Of a stretch of DNA of 64,000 nucleotides, positions 1 through 13,676 are shown one piece after another; position 1 is the first letter of the stretch; each line of letters opens with the position of its first letter. A model generated the notes under the pieces. That model did not search any database. It worked only from the letters and a program-made list of their open reading frames with translations, and was not told the DNA's origin. Source of the stretch: the human T2T-CHM13v2.0 reference genome, Homo sapiens; assembly GCF_009914755.1 (NCBI RefSeq), contig NC_060933.1; one strand, written 5' to 3'. The translations under genes were made by a program, and so were the position numbers.

Positions 1-515
<515 letters not shown>

Positions 516-1749
516 TCAACTATTCAGGAACAATGTGTGTTATGAGCTGGCTGACATTCAGTTTATGGCTAATATCCATTTGGATTGGCTGATCTTTTTT
601 TTTTAAACTGATAGCTATGCCATACTTGTTAAATAGTACATTTCTGAGGTTTTGTAAGTTTATAAGCTGTACGGTTTTATTCAACTACAAAAACATCTGA
701 AATTCCCCAAACTGTTTCTGCCACCCTCCACCAATATCTTCCTTAAGGTTTGAATAAGTGATTAAGGAACTGCTGCTCCTGGTCTAACTCTCAGCTTCCC
801 ACTGGAAGTCAGAAACTCAAAGTAGAAGGAATTCTGGCAGTGACCATGTGCTCATAACAGCTGGCATAAAATAAAAGGTACACAGATTTATATATTTCCT
901 CTGACTTTAGGAATGTAATAGCAATTCGGATCAGAGTGCAAGGAAGAAATCATACATAGTCTAAATTACCCTTAAAAGTACATTTTGAATGCACCCCATG
1001 GTGACCATGAGACCATCTTGCCATTCCATATTTCGGATACAGACTGCCATTCTCTTAGTGGTAGGAAAGTTATAGTTACTGTAGTGAAGGATGAAGTTTG
1101 GTTTTGTCTTGTGTTTGCAGTTAGTGGCCTTGCTGAACAAGAATTAGTGTCACTGAACTAGGCTCGCACTTTGCACTGAGAAGTGCTCACACTACATGAG
1201 GCATCCAGGAACCAGGACTAACTGTGGGAAGAATGGATCCGACTTCTCCATCACATTATTTGACTGCATGCCTTCATTTGATGAAGGCAGCCCAGAGCCT
1301 TTTGGATAATTTACTCCCTCTTAATTCTCCCCCAACCCCTTTTTCCTGGGCACTTATAACTATATTCTTACAAATACGCAATGTGACTCTACTGTGTAAT
1401 TACATAGCCATGTGTCTCTAAAAGTAACACCAGCCGTAAAAGATTTAGACAGTCTGAAAGAGATTATTTGGTTTGCTTAATCCAATGCATTCTGATGAAG
1501 GTGAAAGGGAATTTCCAAAATCATTGGGCTAGCTTTCCAATGATTTAAACTTTTAAAAGGACAAAATGGGGTGGGTAGAGGATTATGAAGAAAATTACAT
1601 AATCAAGGATAATTAGGTAATATAATGACTTGTAAGAATTACCATCTTGCTGTATGCTACTATTAGTAGGTACTCAAAACTTGTTAAATAACTAAAGGTA
1701 AAAACTGAAAATGACTCAACACTTCTGAAAAATGCCCAGGGCAACTTGG

Positions 1750-4150
1750 ATTTAAATAAAATCTCCAGGAACTTCCAGGAAAAAACTATTTACTTCATTC
1801 TGTTCCCCGAGACCCCAAGAAAATGAAACAACAATAACAACAACAAAACCTAATGAAGAAACTGGGAAATAATTCAAGCCACAGATGTGGAAGGATGTCT
1901 GCCAAATATATGGTATCGGCAGTGAACCCAGAAAGGATGCTGAAAACTATTAATCACCTTTCCATATTTCAATCAGGCTGAGATTTGTGTGAGTAAATGA
2001 TAGGCTCTGGAAACATTCAAGTGATAATGTTTACTAACACAGAGGAGTGGAGGACTGAACTGGTTCAGTTCTGTGAGAGGCAGGGAAAAGTCGAGTAGGC
2101 ACCTAGTTCTGTAACTGGGCTGAACAAGAGGCAGGACAGATGGGAGAAACAGCTGGGTTCTGCCATCTTTACACTCTCCAACACCCAGACTCCTAACCCA
2201 GGAAACTGCCTGGAGAGGAGGCAGGGAGGAAAGCTGTTTAGTGCTTCAGTGCTGTAAAACACCTAGGAATACCAAACCTTTGAAGAAAATCTCCAGCAGA
2301 AAATACTGAGACCTAAGCAAACACACCGCAGTGAGTAGGGAAGGGGAAGAAGTAAACAGAGATCACTGTAAAGAGATCAATGCAAAAACTTAAAATACTT
2401 TAAAGTGGAAAAAAAAAATCCTCAGATCTTTCTGAAAGAAAAATAGGATACTGATACTGACTTAAGAAAGAAAATGTTTGGAGAATAAAAAGATCTCTTA
2501 GGATTTCAAAAAAAAAATCTTATGATTCAGCAGGTCATGCACACACACACAAAAAAATCTATGAAAGCCAAAAAACAAAGAAAGATAATTTGAAAGATAA
2601 TTCTAGAAAATTTCTCAGGAAGTAGAAAAAGCAATAGAAAACTGGAGAGAAAAATAAAAAAAATTTAAAAAATATTTAAAAAATTTCAGAAAAATAAAAA
2701 AAGAATTAGTCAAAGTAGTTTCCTCTTCAGCTAAAAGACGTTATAGTAACAGAACACAGAGAAAATGGAGAGGAGGAAACTTTCAAATGAATACTAAATG
2801 AGCATTTCTTGGAATCAAATCTCTAGGTTAAAGGGCCCCAGAAGGGCTGGGGGTGGAAGAAGAAGAAAGAATACCTATACCAAAAGAGATCCTTCCTTAA
2901 ATTTCAGAATTATCTTAGATAAATAAAAGATTCTAAAAACTTTTCATAGAAAATAGGTCACATATAAAGAATAAGGAAGCCGAAGAGCCATGGATTTTTT
3001 GAAAGGGATCATTGGAAGACTATGAAATAGTGTTTTCAGAATGATTTATATCTGAGTCTATACCCAGCCAAAATATCAATTAAGTTAGAGGGCAGAATAG
3101 GGATATTTTTAGACATGAATGGAATTTAAAAATTATTCCAAGGGTTCCTTGGATCCTTACTCAGAAAGCTACAGAAGGATATGTCCTAGTAAAACAAGGA
3201 AATAAGCCAAGGAAGAAAACAACATAGGATCTAGAAACAGGGAACTCAACACAAGAAAGATGTAAATGAACTCCTGGGGCAGCAGTGAAGCAAGGTCCCA
3301 GGATGACAAATGTATAAAATGCAACGGAACAACCAGTCCTGATTAGAAAAGACAAAGCCAAAAGGGAGATCTCTGATTTAAAATGAACAAAATGGAACTG
3401 ATATATTATCTTATATGTTGACCGTGTTTTGAAAGATTTCATAGATCTGTCAGTGAATTAGAAAAGAATCAGCTAGAGATATACACACACAAAGAAACAA
3501 AGAAAATTAAAATGTAAGGCAATTAACTCGTGGGAAAAAAAGTTGACCAAAAAAATAAATGAAATTACAGCTGCTCATCAATGAACAATATTTACATTGT
3601 TAAATAGTGTAAACAGTGAATTATCAAAAAATTGGGTTATATAACTGTTGAAAGGATGGGAGAAAAATGATGTGGGAATGTTAAGACAGCATGATTTTTA
3701 CCTACCATAATAGAAGATAATACAATCGACAAATCAAGAAAAAAAGAGTAAAAGCACACCATTTTGAGACACGAAGACAATAACAGAAACTAAGAGTTAG
3801 GAGTTAAGGGCAGTCCCCCTGGCTATCAGGAGGTGGTGGTGATGGTGACTGAGAAAGTGCTCTTTAAAAAATTTTGTCTTTTTTAGTTGTTTGGCTTTGT
3901 AAACCATTATTTGATAAAAATACAAACTGATTGATTTTTAAACTTAAAAAAAGATATACTGGTTCAGGTGTAAAATACAGTTCTGGGAAGAAGATACATA
4001 TGAAACAGCTGGTGGTAGTTACCCAAATTTTAAAATGGGGGAGGTAGAGTGGAAACACAGCAGAGTTTTCACTCTCTTCTGTAGCCTTCTATGTATGTGG
4101 AATTTTAAATAATGAACATATATTACCTTAGTTATTAAAATAATAAATAT
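1750..4150 (+). mobile_element. Degenerate HAL1 / ancient L1 ORF1-like element
   Basis: A-rich strand with decayed ORF1-type motifs: AAAATAGGTCACATATAAAG, CTATACCCAGCCAAAATATCAAT, AAGGTCCCAGGATGACA. Boundaries approximate. Confidence 0.6.
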
Positions 4151-7100
4151 ATTCTAAGAAAATAATACATTTATTTTATATTTTAAATGTAACAGAAACA
4201 TCAAAAGGCAAGACAACAAAGCAGCAGACAAGCTCATTGCTGGGAGTGACTCATGGTGCAGAGTTTGATAAATGTCACAGAGAAAACCAGAACCTTTTAA
4301 CTCCTACTTTTGATCCTGAATACCCTGTTATGAAGAAGACTTTTCATACTGAAAAAGGTAGAGGAGATCAGTAAAAAGTAAGACTGGGAAGACTACTCTA
4401 ATGAGATCAAGTATCTTTAACTGAAGACTTGACATTCTAAGACATTATCTAGCTTTAGTTATTACCATTTTCATAAACATCAGTTTATAAGATTAGCAAA
4501 GCCAGCAGGAATGGTCCAAAGACCCTTAATTTAAATGAAAAACAGGCACAGAATGGGATGATGCATGGAATGAAGTTTGACATACACTGTATTGAGAAAA
4601 CTTTAGGTATTCTGAGGGCAGCCTGAAGACTCCATGCACCCACCCATAGCACCAGCTAGACAACAGGAAGAGAAGGCGAGAAAGAATTAGTGACAAACTT
4701 TCCTACCTTTAGAATGTGTCTTCAGGTTGTAATTCCCGTGTGGGACCTAATTTCTTGAACATCTGCTCTGCGCTAGGTGCTTCACATGCTACCTCAATTA
4801 GTTCATGCAACCTTGTGAGATAAAGACTTAAGTTTGAATTTCCCTGGCTACAAGTCCATGGTTTTTCTATTAAGCCATGTTGGATGGTGTCAATTGGTGA
4901 CATCATCCATGTGAACATTCCTCATGTTTAGATCTAGCAGGACAATGTGGCATAGAGAGGGGTGGTCAGGAGAACTGAGTTCTTAGCCTGGTCCCAAGGC
5001 CACCTCTTGGGAAGTCCTTTCACCACTCTGGGGTCCAGTTTCCAAATCCAGAGTCTCCTCTATCTAACATTTTCAGATGAAATAAAATCCAGTGAAAGAC
5101 ATAATAACGGAATAAATATTTTCAGCTATTATCTTAAATGGATTACTTCAATATTCATCTTTTGTTTAAATCTACATCTCATTTCTCTTTAGGTAGTATC
5201 TTTTTGAAAAGCTGTCATTTCAAAGTACTGAAAACCTAAAATCTAGGCAATGAAAGTAGAGTAAATGACTGAGGTTTTCCTAAAATTACCCTGGAAAGAT
5301 GAGAGGATTCAACTACTGTTCTGGGAAATGGAAATAGCTGTTCCCAGCACTCACTCCTCCCCTGATGCTCCCAATTAACTTTTAAGGACAAGCATGAAGC
5401 TTTGTAGAGCTTGATGCCTTCTGCAAGCACTACAGTAAATGTGGGGCATAAATTGCCTCCCATTAAGACAACTGTGGAGGATGACAGAAGTAGGTCAGTT
5501 TCAAACAACAGCCTAGCTTAGTAGCCTAAGTGGTATCTGTAATTCTAGGGTTGGGGCATCTTTGAAAGCACTGGCTAAAGGAAAAGTTATTTAACCCTTC
5601 TTTGCTGAATTTTCCAGCTCTCTCCACTTCTTGAGAGAAAATGTCAACTGTTATTGTCAGATAGAATATGAAAATAGGTAGCACAGCAAGAACATGACAA
5701 ATGTTTAATAAATTACAAAGTAAATATAAATGACAAGTGTTTAATAATTGGATTTTGGCCCACAAGTGAGGTATGATCCAGGTACTGGAGCCAGTCCAGA
5801 TGTTGTATCGGACTGGTCCTGTTATAAGCCAGATTCCACCAGTATAAAAAAGTTGAACACAGGGATGGAATGACTCCTCAGGGTAAGAAAGGGAAAGGGG
5901 GAGTTCTGAAGGAAGGCCATATTTCTGGCTGGGACACTGGCTTCTGACAGATTTCCAGTGGTTGACTGCATCCAACACTTCAGGCTTCAAGCTTTGGCTC
6001 TAGACCTACCTCCCTGCCCCATGTTCTCGACCTTAGCATTTGGGAAGGCTGTGGGGTCTTCACTCTTCACTGCCGCCAGGTTCTCAATCCTTTCCATAGT
6101 TTTGGCATTTTCTCTCTCCCCCTGGCTGCCATGGCCCCATTCTTGCTTTGGGTCTAAGTCAAAACATCCCACTCAAACCAATACCTTGTGAGGAATGAGG
6201 CTCCACTGTACAGAAGCAACGAGCTGATGCCAGTTAAGACCTTATAAAGTGAGGGGTCTTGGGCATTTCACCCCCGTGTACTCCTTACTATAAATAAACA
6301 CCCTTAACCAGGTGGTAGAACGTTATTCAGGAAAACAGGCAGAAGGCTTTAAATATGTTAGCAGATCCTTCTATCCTTCCTTTTCTCTTTGTTTAGGTTT
6401 CCCAGGAATGTCTTGTACAGGAACAAGTTTTTGCTGAGAACTGAGGACTTCAGAAACATTTATTTCCATAAATAATATACTAAATGCATATAATTTTTCT
6501 CTAGTTGCTAATACTGGGACTTGGATGGGTCTTCCAGGACAATAGGTGAAGGGTTAATTCCACATACTATACACAAATTGGTATTTCTCTAAAATAATGT
6601 TTTCAAACTAATGATAACAATCCACAGTAAGAAATACAGTTTACACAGCAATCCAGTATATTCACACACAGAAACACAGACATATAAAACTAACATTTCA
6701 TGAAACCATACTTTTCCTTACAACATGCAATGTACTCTATTCTCAATTCCATCCCATCCTCCCTATAAAAAAATGCTAACAAGACCTATTAAATTGATTT
6801 TACGACCCAGTAAATGGGTTTTGATGTGATGAAAAAAATATTGTGTATATTTTTTTCATACATTGTAATTGTTCATATTCTGTATTTCTTCACTAATTTA
6901 GACTGTTTTATTCTCAATTATACTACAATAGCAAATATTTTGCAAGATTGGGCTAAAAAGTCTCTGTGGCCAAATGAATATATAGTTTTGAAATCTGGCT
7001 GCAGATGTGCTGATTGGCAAAGAACATTTAATTAGTCACATAAGGTACATCTTTAAAAAATATTATTTCCACTGAAAATCAGCTATAAACATATTTTCTT

Positions 7101-8723
7101 TTATAAATACCAAATTAATATTAAAGAAGAAATCTTGCAAAATTCTTTCTACCAATACCAAAAGATTTCTAATGCATGGACTAAAAACTCTGTTATAGGA
7201 TTATCAGAAACAGATGTTTTTGATATTCAATCTTTCTTAAATGTAAAATATGAAAACCAAGCAAACAAAGCATTCTGCCTCTTCCATGCAGTTTTAATCA
7301 TAATACAGTTTTACTTAATTAGCAAATACAGATGGGGCCTTAATAAGAACATTTTAAATGTAAGAGGTTTTTGTGATAATATAATCCCACTAGTAATGAT
7401 CATGTTATCATCATTATGTAATTTAGAAAATTTATGAGTCAGTGAAAGTCATTTTCAAGATGGTATACAGAAGTCGACCTCATAACCTCCATTCCAGCCA
7501 AATGGCACAGCTCAAACTTCCTGAATATGCTTACATATTTTTTGTTTTATTACCTTTATTTCTAACTCTTTCTTGAAGTCTTCCCAGTCATCAAGCTGGA
7601 AAAAAAATCCCTCCCTCCCCTGAAATCACGTATGGCTTGTTAAGAACACTTGCTATATTAACCTCCCTGGGCTTTTCTTTGTAATTGGTCATGTAAATAT
7701 TATACCAACCCTGACTGACTGAGCTTCTTGGAGCTCAACTCTGTATCATACTTATTTCTATACACTCCCCCAACACCCAAACAACACCTTGCTGTGGCAG
7801 GTGATCAATAAATTTTTGTTGGTTAAAATGAACATTTTGAACAACAGTGAAAATAGGCATTTATCTAACCTGTGAAGATGGTGCTACTGTACAGTGCTGT
7901 AAATACATACCAACTCATGAGTCTAATAAGTGGAGACCCAGCACTGCTTGGCCTTTTCAAGTTTTTCCCTTTTGGTGTATTCCTTTACAAATCTTTCCCC
8001 GCTTTATAGACTAAATAGCATCCATCATGTTAAGTCAGTGAATCCCATTTAGCAATTAAAGGTGATTACAAGAGCTATCAGGCATCTGCTTTCAATATTA
8101 TTCCAGGCATGGGAAATTAGTAATGGCCTGCCTTTTCCCTCAAACCACTGCCTAATGCCTTGATTTTTGGAAGATTTTGCCAAACCTGCTTTGTGGTCTT
8201 GCCTTGCTAAGATCTGGAAGAATTTCATATTTTCTCTGAAAGTATTGCTAAAAAGAATAAAAATATCCTAGAATGGGCTGGGTGGTTTCCCTAATTGAAT
8301 ACATGGGCCTGAAACACTCCTGTATTGAAACTAACTCTATATACATGGCATGTAACCAGTAAAATGAAAAGCAGATGCTGTAATTTTCACGTAATAAATT
8401 CATATGCAATCTCTTAAGATAGTTGAGTGTACTTCAGAAAGCCCAGTAGAGAAAAGACATGAATAAGTGCGGTTAGCCTAGAAGCGGACAGAAATTTTAT
8501 AATGGGGTGGGTAGGTGGGCTGGGGATGGACAGAGACGTGGAAAGAGCTACAACCTCACTTAAAGCAATGCTGCCCCCATGTGGATACCAAAAATTAGAA
8601 TCTGTAACTCAGTCAACAGCTCTTTATTCTCCTTAGTAATAAGACCTTCCACTTCCTGTAATTTCAATTTGATGGCTGTTGCTAGGACAACTAGGAAACG
8701 AGGCAAGGAACAGACAGACCTCC

Positions 8724-8772
8724 AAAAAACAAACAAACAAACAAACAAACAAAAAAAACAAACGAAAAAAAC
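8724..8772. repeat. (AAAC)n A-rich simple repeat
   Basis: Direct reading. Confidence 0.85.
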
Positions 8773-9766
8773 AGGTCACTGAAGTGAAGTTACTATATTA
8801 ATTCTAACTTCTAACAGGAACACAGGAACAGTGGCCCTGCCAAGGGAAATGCGAAACTGAATCTAAAATGAGGTGCCACTGTCCTGAAAAATGATGGTTG
8901 AGGTACACAGTGCTCATGTTCAGGCTGTGTGATAGACTCATCTATCAAAGAGTGCTTGTAAATGCTTCCCTTGGAATTGGATGACAAAACAACTTTATCT
9001 CAGTATGCACGCAGTGGGAAGGAAAAATTCATTTTTTAAAACCTGTAGTCACTTTAAGTTAATCACTCTGACAAGTATTTCTGTTTGCAGTTGAATTGTC
9101 AAACAGATAATAAAACAAAATAAACATGGTGTAGAGAGGTCTCTAGGCAAAACTGCAGTTAATGTACCTCGGTAAAAATGGCAGGAGTATTCCAAAGTAT
9201 TACAGAAATGTGAAAACTTGAAAAGCTGAAAAAGGTTAAGATGAGTTCTAATGTTTCATTTAGATCCTTATTAGGAAGTGACTACTCTATCTGAGTCTAT
9301 ACTGACTAAAAAGTGTCTTGTTCACGTGCTGCAATAACTTGCACCGGGAGGTAGAGTAGGTACTGAATGTGTGCTTCACACTTCCCCTCAAGGACTCAGA
9401 AATGAAGCTAGAAGGGAATATGGAGTTCATTCACATCCAATCTCCTCTTTTTACAGCTGATCTAACTGCAACCTGCAGAGGTTAAGTAACTTGCTCCCAA
9501 ACCCACAAAGTTATTTCTGGTGAAGCCAAGACTAGAACTCGGTTTTCTCAACCTTCATTCCAAGGCTCTTTTGTCTCCTTGTGTTCTTAGATGGAAATGC
9601 CTGTGTCTGTTATTACACCTCAACACTGAAGTATGTGTGCAAAGTCACTGGGTTTCTACAGATGTTATTCTGCATGTAAATTTTATCTTATTTCTCCCCA
9701 AGTGACTTTAAATTTGGAGCAATTTCAAAATTAGCATTCTTTTGGATAAAGATTTAGTTGGCTTCA

Positions 9767-10072
<306 letters not shown>

Positions 10073-11654
10073 TCACTGATAATCTTTTTTCATAAATGGG
10101 ATATAAGTCCAATTTTGAAGACACATGGCTCAGACACATACCCGAGGCACATGTTCTTCAGTATGATCATCGGGAGGTGGTATACTCATTCACAAACACA
10201 CATACACATGCGCGTGCGCACGCACACACACACACACCCCCACCCACCCCCTGAAGAAAAAGGTTCAGGGTAAGATATGAAATAGCTGCAGAAGGCACAT
10301 CTTAGCATTTACGTCTATCAGCATCTAACATGTTTTCTGAGGTTTAAGATGATAAACAGTCCTTTTGTGAAGTAGTCATGCTTACTTTCCTTCTAGATAA
10401 CTCTATGGATACCACTGCCTTTGGAATGATGAAGAGTAAGACTAAGAGCTTCTTTTTAGTTAGTGAACGAATAACCTTTCACAGAGTCAAGGATGTCTGA
10501 AATTAGGCCCATAAACATATTCCTAAGAATCCTTAGGCATGTGTTGATATGATTGAGGGTGACAGAAAGAGGAAGTATAGCATGATAATTTAAAAAACAT
10601 GATGTAAAAAACATTCCTCCGTTTTCCCTAGAGAGGTCTCGAAATACTAATTTGGTATCTACCTGTGGATCATGAGTATTATTCTCCAGCATGCTACCTA
10701 AGCCCATTATTGTACAATATGAATAACAGAAAAGGCACTGTATAGTCGCCCTTGAAAAACCCATATACTTGAATTAATTAAAAAAGCTCATAAGACAGTG
10801 GGATATTTAACAACATTAAATTACCCTGTGTACTTGCTTGCCTGTCAGGAAGTCATCTTTAAAATCACTTTCTCTTGTTTGTGTGTTGGGATAAAGTTGA
10901 GGGAAAAAACTTCTCTTGAAAGCAAAATCTGAGTCTTTTCCCTGTAAGCTTTGATGATGGGACTGTTGAAAGTGATGCTGGAGAAGTGTAAAGAAACCAA
11001 ATTAAAAGGAGCACTCAAGGCCTCTCTGAGTTAGCCTCAGCGTGGATGGCACCCTGGAGTCTCTGCTGCTTCTGTTAGGCATCACATAGGCAGGCCTTCC
11101 TCAGGACTGGTTCTCTCCCAAGACAGGTTTGGTGCCTTTTGTTTCTGTCCCCACAGCACCTGTACTTAACTGCTATGAAAATGCTTTCCTGCCACACTGC
11201 ATTCTGACTGCCATTTTAGTGTCTCCCTGAGTGGGCCAGGGGCTTCTTAAGAACAGGGGCAATACCCTGTTCACTAGCATCCCAAGCATCTAACATAGTT
11301 CCTGGGACACTCCATCTGTACTTCTTGACAAAATAAGTAGGTGTTTTATATGTATTATCTCATTTAACACTCATAACAAGTTCCCACATCATAACAGCTG
11401 TTTCTTTTAATTATTCCAGTAAACAGAGCAAAAAGGCATTTATGAGCTGCAGATTCCCTTGTTCTGTCATAATCACACTCTTCCTTAGGTGTATTAACAG
11501 AATATCAATGGCAGATATAATGTGATCCTGTCATGACCAGGTAAGTGATGTATTTTGTTATGTAAGTGTTCTGCACAGGAGCTGGGGATCAAGAGGAGTC
11601 ATTAATAGGAAAGATGGTTCCAAGACCTGCCAAGTACATCAACTTAAGAGACCC

Positions 11655-12450
11655 AGACAGACAATAACAAATGCTGGCGAGGATGTGGAGAACCCTCATG
11701 CGTTATTGGTAGGAATGTAAATTAGCACAGCCACTATGGAGATATAACCAGTATGGAGGTTCCTCAAAAAACTAAAAATAGAGCTACCATATGATCCAGC
11801 AATGCAACTCCTAGGTATATACCCAAAAGAAGGAAAATCAGTGTATCAAAAAGATATCTTCACTTCCATGTTTACTGCAGCACTATTCACAACAGCCAAG
11901 ATGTGGAAGCAACTTAAGTCTCTCTTAACAGACAAATGGATAAAGAAAATGTGATACATATACACAATGGAGTACTACTGTGCCTTAAAAAAGAATGAGA
12001 TCCTGTCATTTGCAACAACATGGATGGAACTGGAGGACATTATATTAACTAAAATAAGCCAGGCATAGAAAGACAAACTTTGCATATTCTCATTCATTTG
12101 TAAGAGCTAAAAATTGAAACAAATTCATGCAGATAGAGAGCAGAATGATGGCTATTAGAGGCTGGAAAGGGTAGTGGGGCTGGGGGAAGTGGTTAATGGG
12201 TACAAAAATATAGTTAGATAAAACGAATAAGATCTAGTATTTGATAGCACATCAGGGTAATTACAGTTAAGTTTATTGTACATTTTAAGATAACTAAAGG
12301 TATAATTGGAATCTTTGAAAATCATTAAATGCTTGAGGTGGATATCCCACTTACCCTGATGTGATTATTACACACTGCATGCCTCTATCAAAATGTGTCA
12401 TGTACCCTATAAATATATATGCCATGTACTCATAATTTTTTTAAAAAAAG
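11655..12450 (+). mobile_element. L1MA-type 3' fragment
   Basis: ORF2 C-terminal/3'UTR motifs GATCCAGCAAT, GCAACAACATGGATGGAACTGGAGGACAT, TAAGATCTAGTATTTGATAGCAC. Confidence 0.85.
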
Positions 12451-12459
12451 AAACTTCAA

Positions 12460-12777
12460 GGACATATGTCATGAATATTTCCTCCTTATTTTGGTAAGAA
12501 CATGTTTGTGCATGTATACACCTGTACTAAGAAATTATCTTCATTTTATTTCCTTTTTCCTTTATCATGTGACATAAGATTTATTGACTTCATAACAGCA
12601 TTTAAGTATCGTTAACTTTATGTAACAGCATTTGGGTTGAGGATTGGTGCATTTCCGGTTGTATGAAGGAGAGTTGTATTATGTTAGGCATAATTATGAC
12701 CTTATTATTGTCTTTATTTGAAGATTATGTATGATTTCAGGAGATGTGTATGGGTTCAAGTTGACAAGGGGTGGATT
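12460..12777 (+). mobile_element. HERV-L internal 3' end with polypurine tract
   Basis: GGAGATGTGTATGGGTTCAAGTTGACAAGGGGTGGA directly abuts the LTR start TGTGA. Confidence 0.75.
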
Positions 12778-13225
12778 TGTGACGGTTAATACTGTCAACT
12801 TGACTGGATTGAAGGATGCAAAGTACTGTTCTTGGGTGTGTCTGTGATGGTGTTGCCAAAGGAGATGAACATTTGAGTCAGCGGAACGGGAAAGGCAGAC
12901 CCTTCCTCAGTCTGGGTGACTGAGGCACAATCTAATCAACTGCCAGTGCAGCCGGAATCAAAGCAGGCAGAAGAACATGGAAAGACTAGACTGGCTTAGC
13001 CTCCGAGCCTACATCTTTCTCCTGTGCTGGATGCTTCCTGCCCTTGAACATCAGACTCCAAATTCTTCAGCTTTGGGACTCGGACTGGCTTCCTTGCTCC
13101 TCAGCTTGCAGGTGGCCTACTGTAGGACCTCACCTTGTGACTGTGTTAATACTCCTTAATAAACTCCCCGTTATGTATACATCTATCCTATTAATTCTGT
13201 CCCTCTAGAGAACCCTACTACAACA
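12778..13225 (+). mobile_element. MLT2A-type LTR (ERV-L)
   Basis: TGTGACGGTTAATACTGTCAACTTGACTGGATTGAAGGATGC ... AATAAACTCCCC ... TCTGTCCCTCTAGAGAACCCT..CA. Confidence 0.85.
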
Positions 13226-13234
13226 TATTACAAG

Positions 13235-13676
13235 CTGGGTGGGAACCACGTGGTATGGTTGTGGATTTCTGAAAAGCCATAACTGCAGACAGCAACCTGA
13301 CTGAAAGTCTGGTCTGCCCCTATGGCACAGACTATTCACTGTCCATCCAGATGTGTTTCTCCTTTGTCCTCTAGGAGAATTATAGCCAGAGAAATGACTT
13401 CCAGCAAGACTCCACGTGGAAGCATTCTTTGAAGTTATAGGTGGGCAGGTTAGTAAGTTCTTACAAATGGAATATGAGCAAAGTGATAACCATGGCCTAG
13501 GGAATGCTGGCACAATGACTTGAGAGAACCTGGGTTCCTGACTGGCCACGAGGGGCAGAGTTGCTCTACTGAACTGGATTGCTTCCTTAACAGAGAAATG
13601 CACATCTGCATTCTTGAAACCACTGTATTTTCAGGACTCTTTGTTATAGCAGCTGAGTTGTCCCCTGACTAATACA
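13235..13676 (+). mobile_element. Old MaLR (MLT1-like) LTR remnant
   Basis: Ends GACTCTTTGTTATAGCAGCT...TGACTAATACA, a typical MLT1 terminus. Confidence 0.5.

Noticed and set aside
5526-5990. 154-aa minus-strand ORF
   Set aside because: No recognisable domain or supporting splice structure; consistent with a chance intronic ORF.
6590-6830. Similarity to 29050-29310 suggesting a local duplication
   Set aside because: Highly diverged; more likely two copies of the same old hAT-type MITE family, which I could not name confidently.
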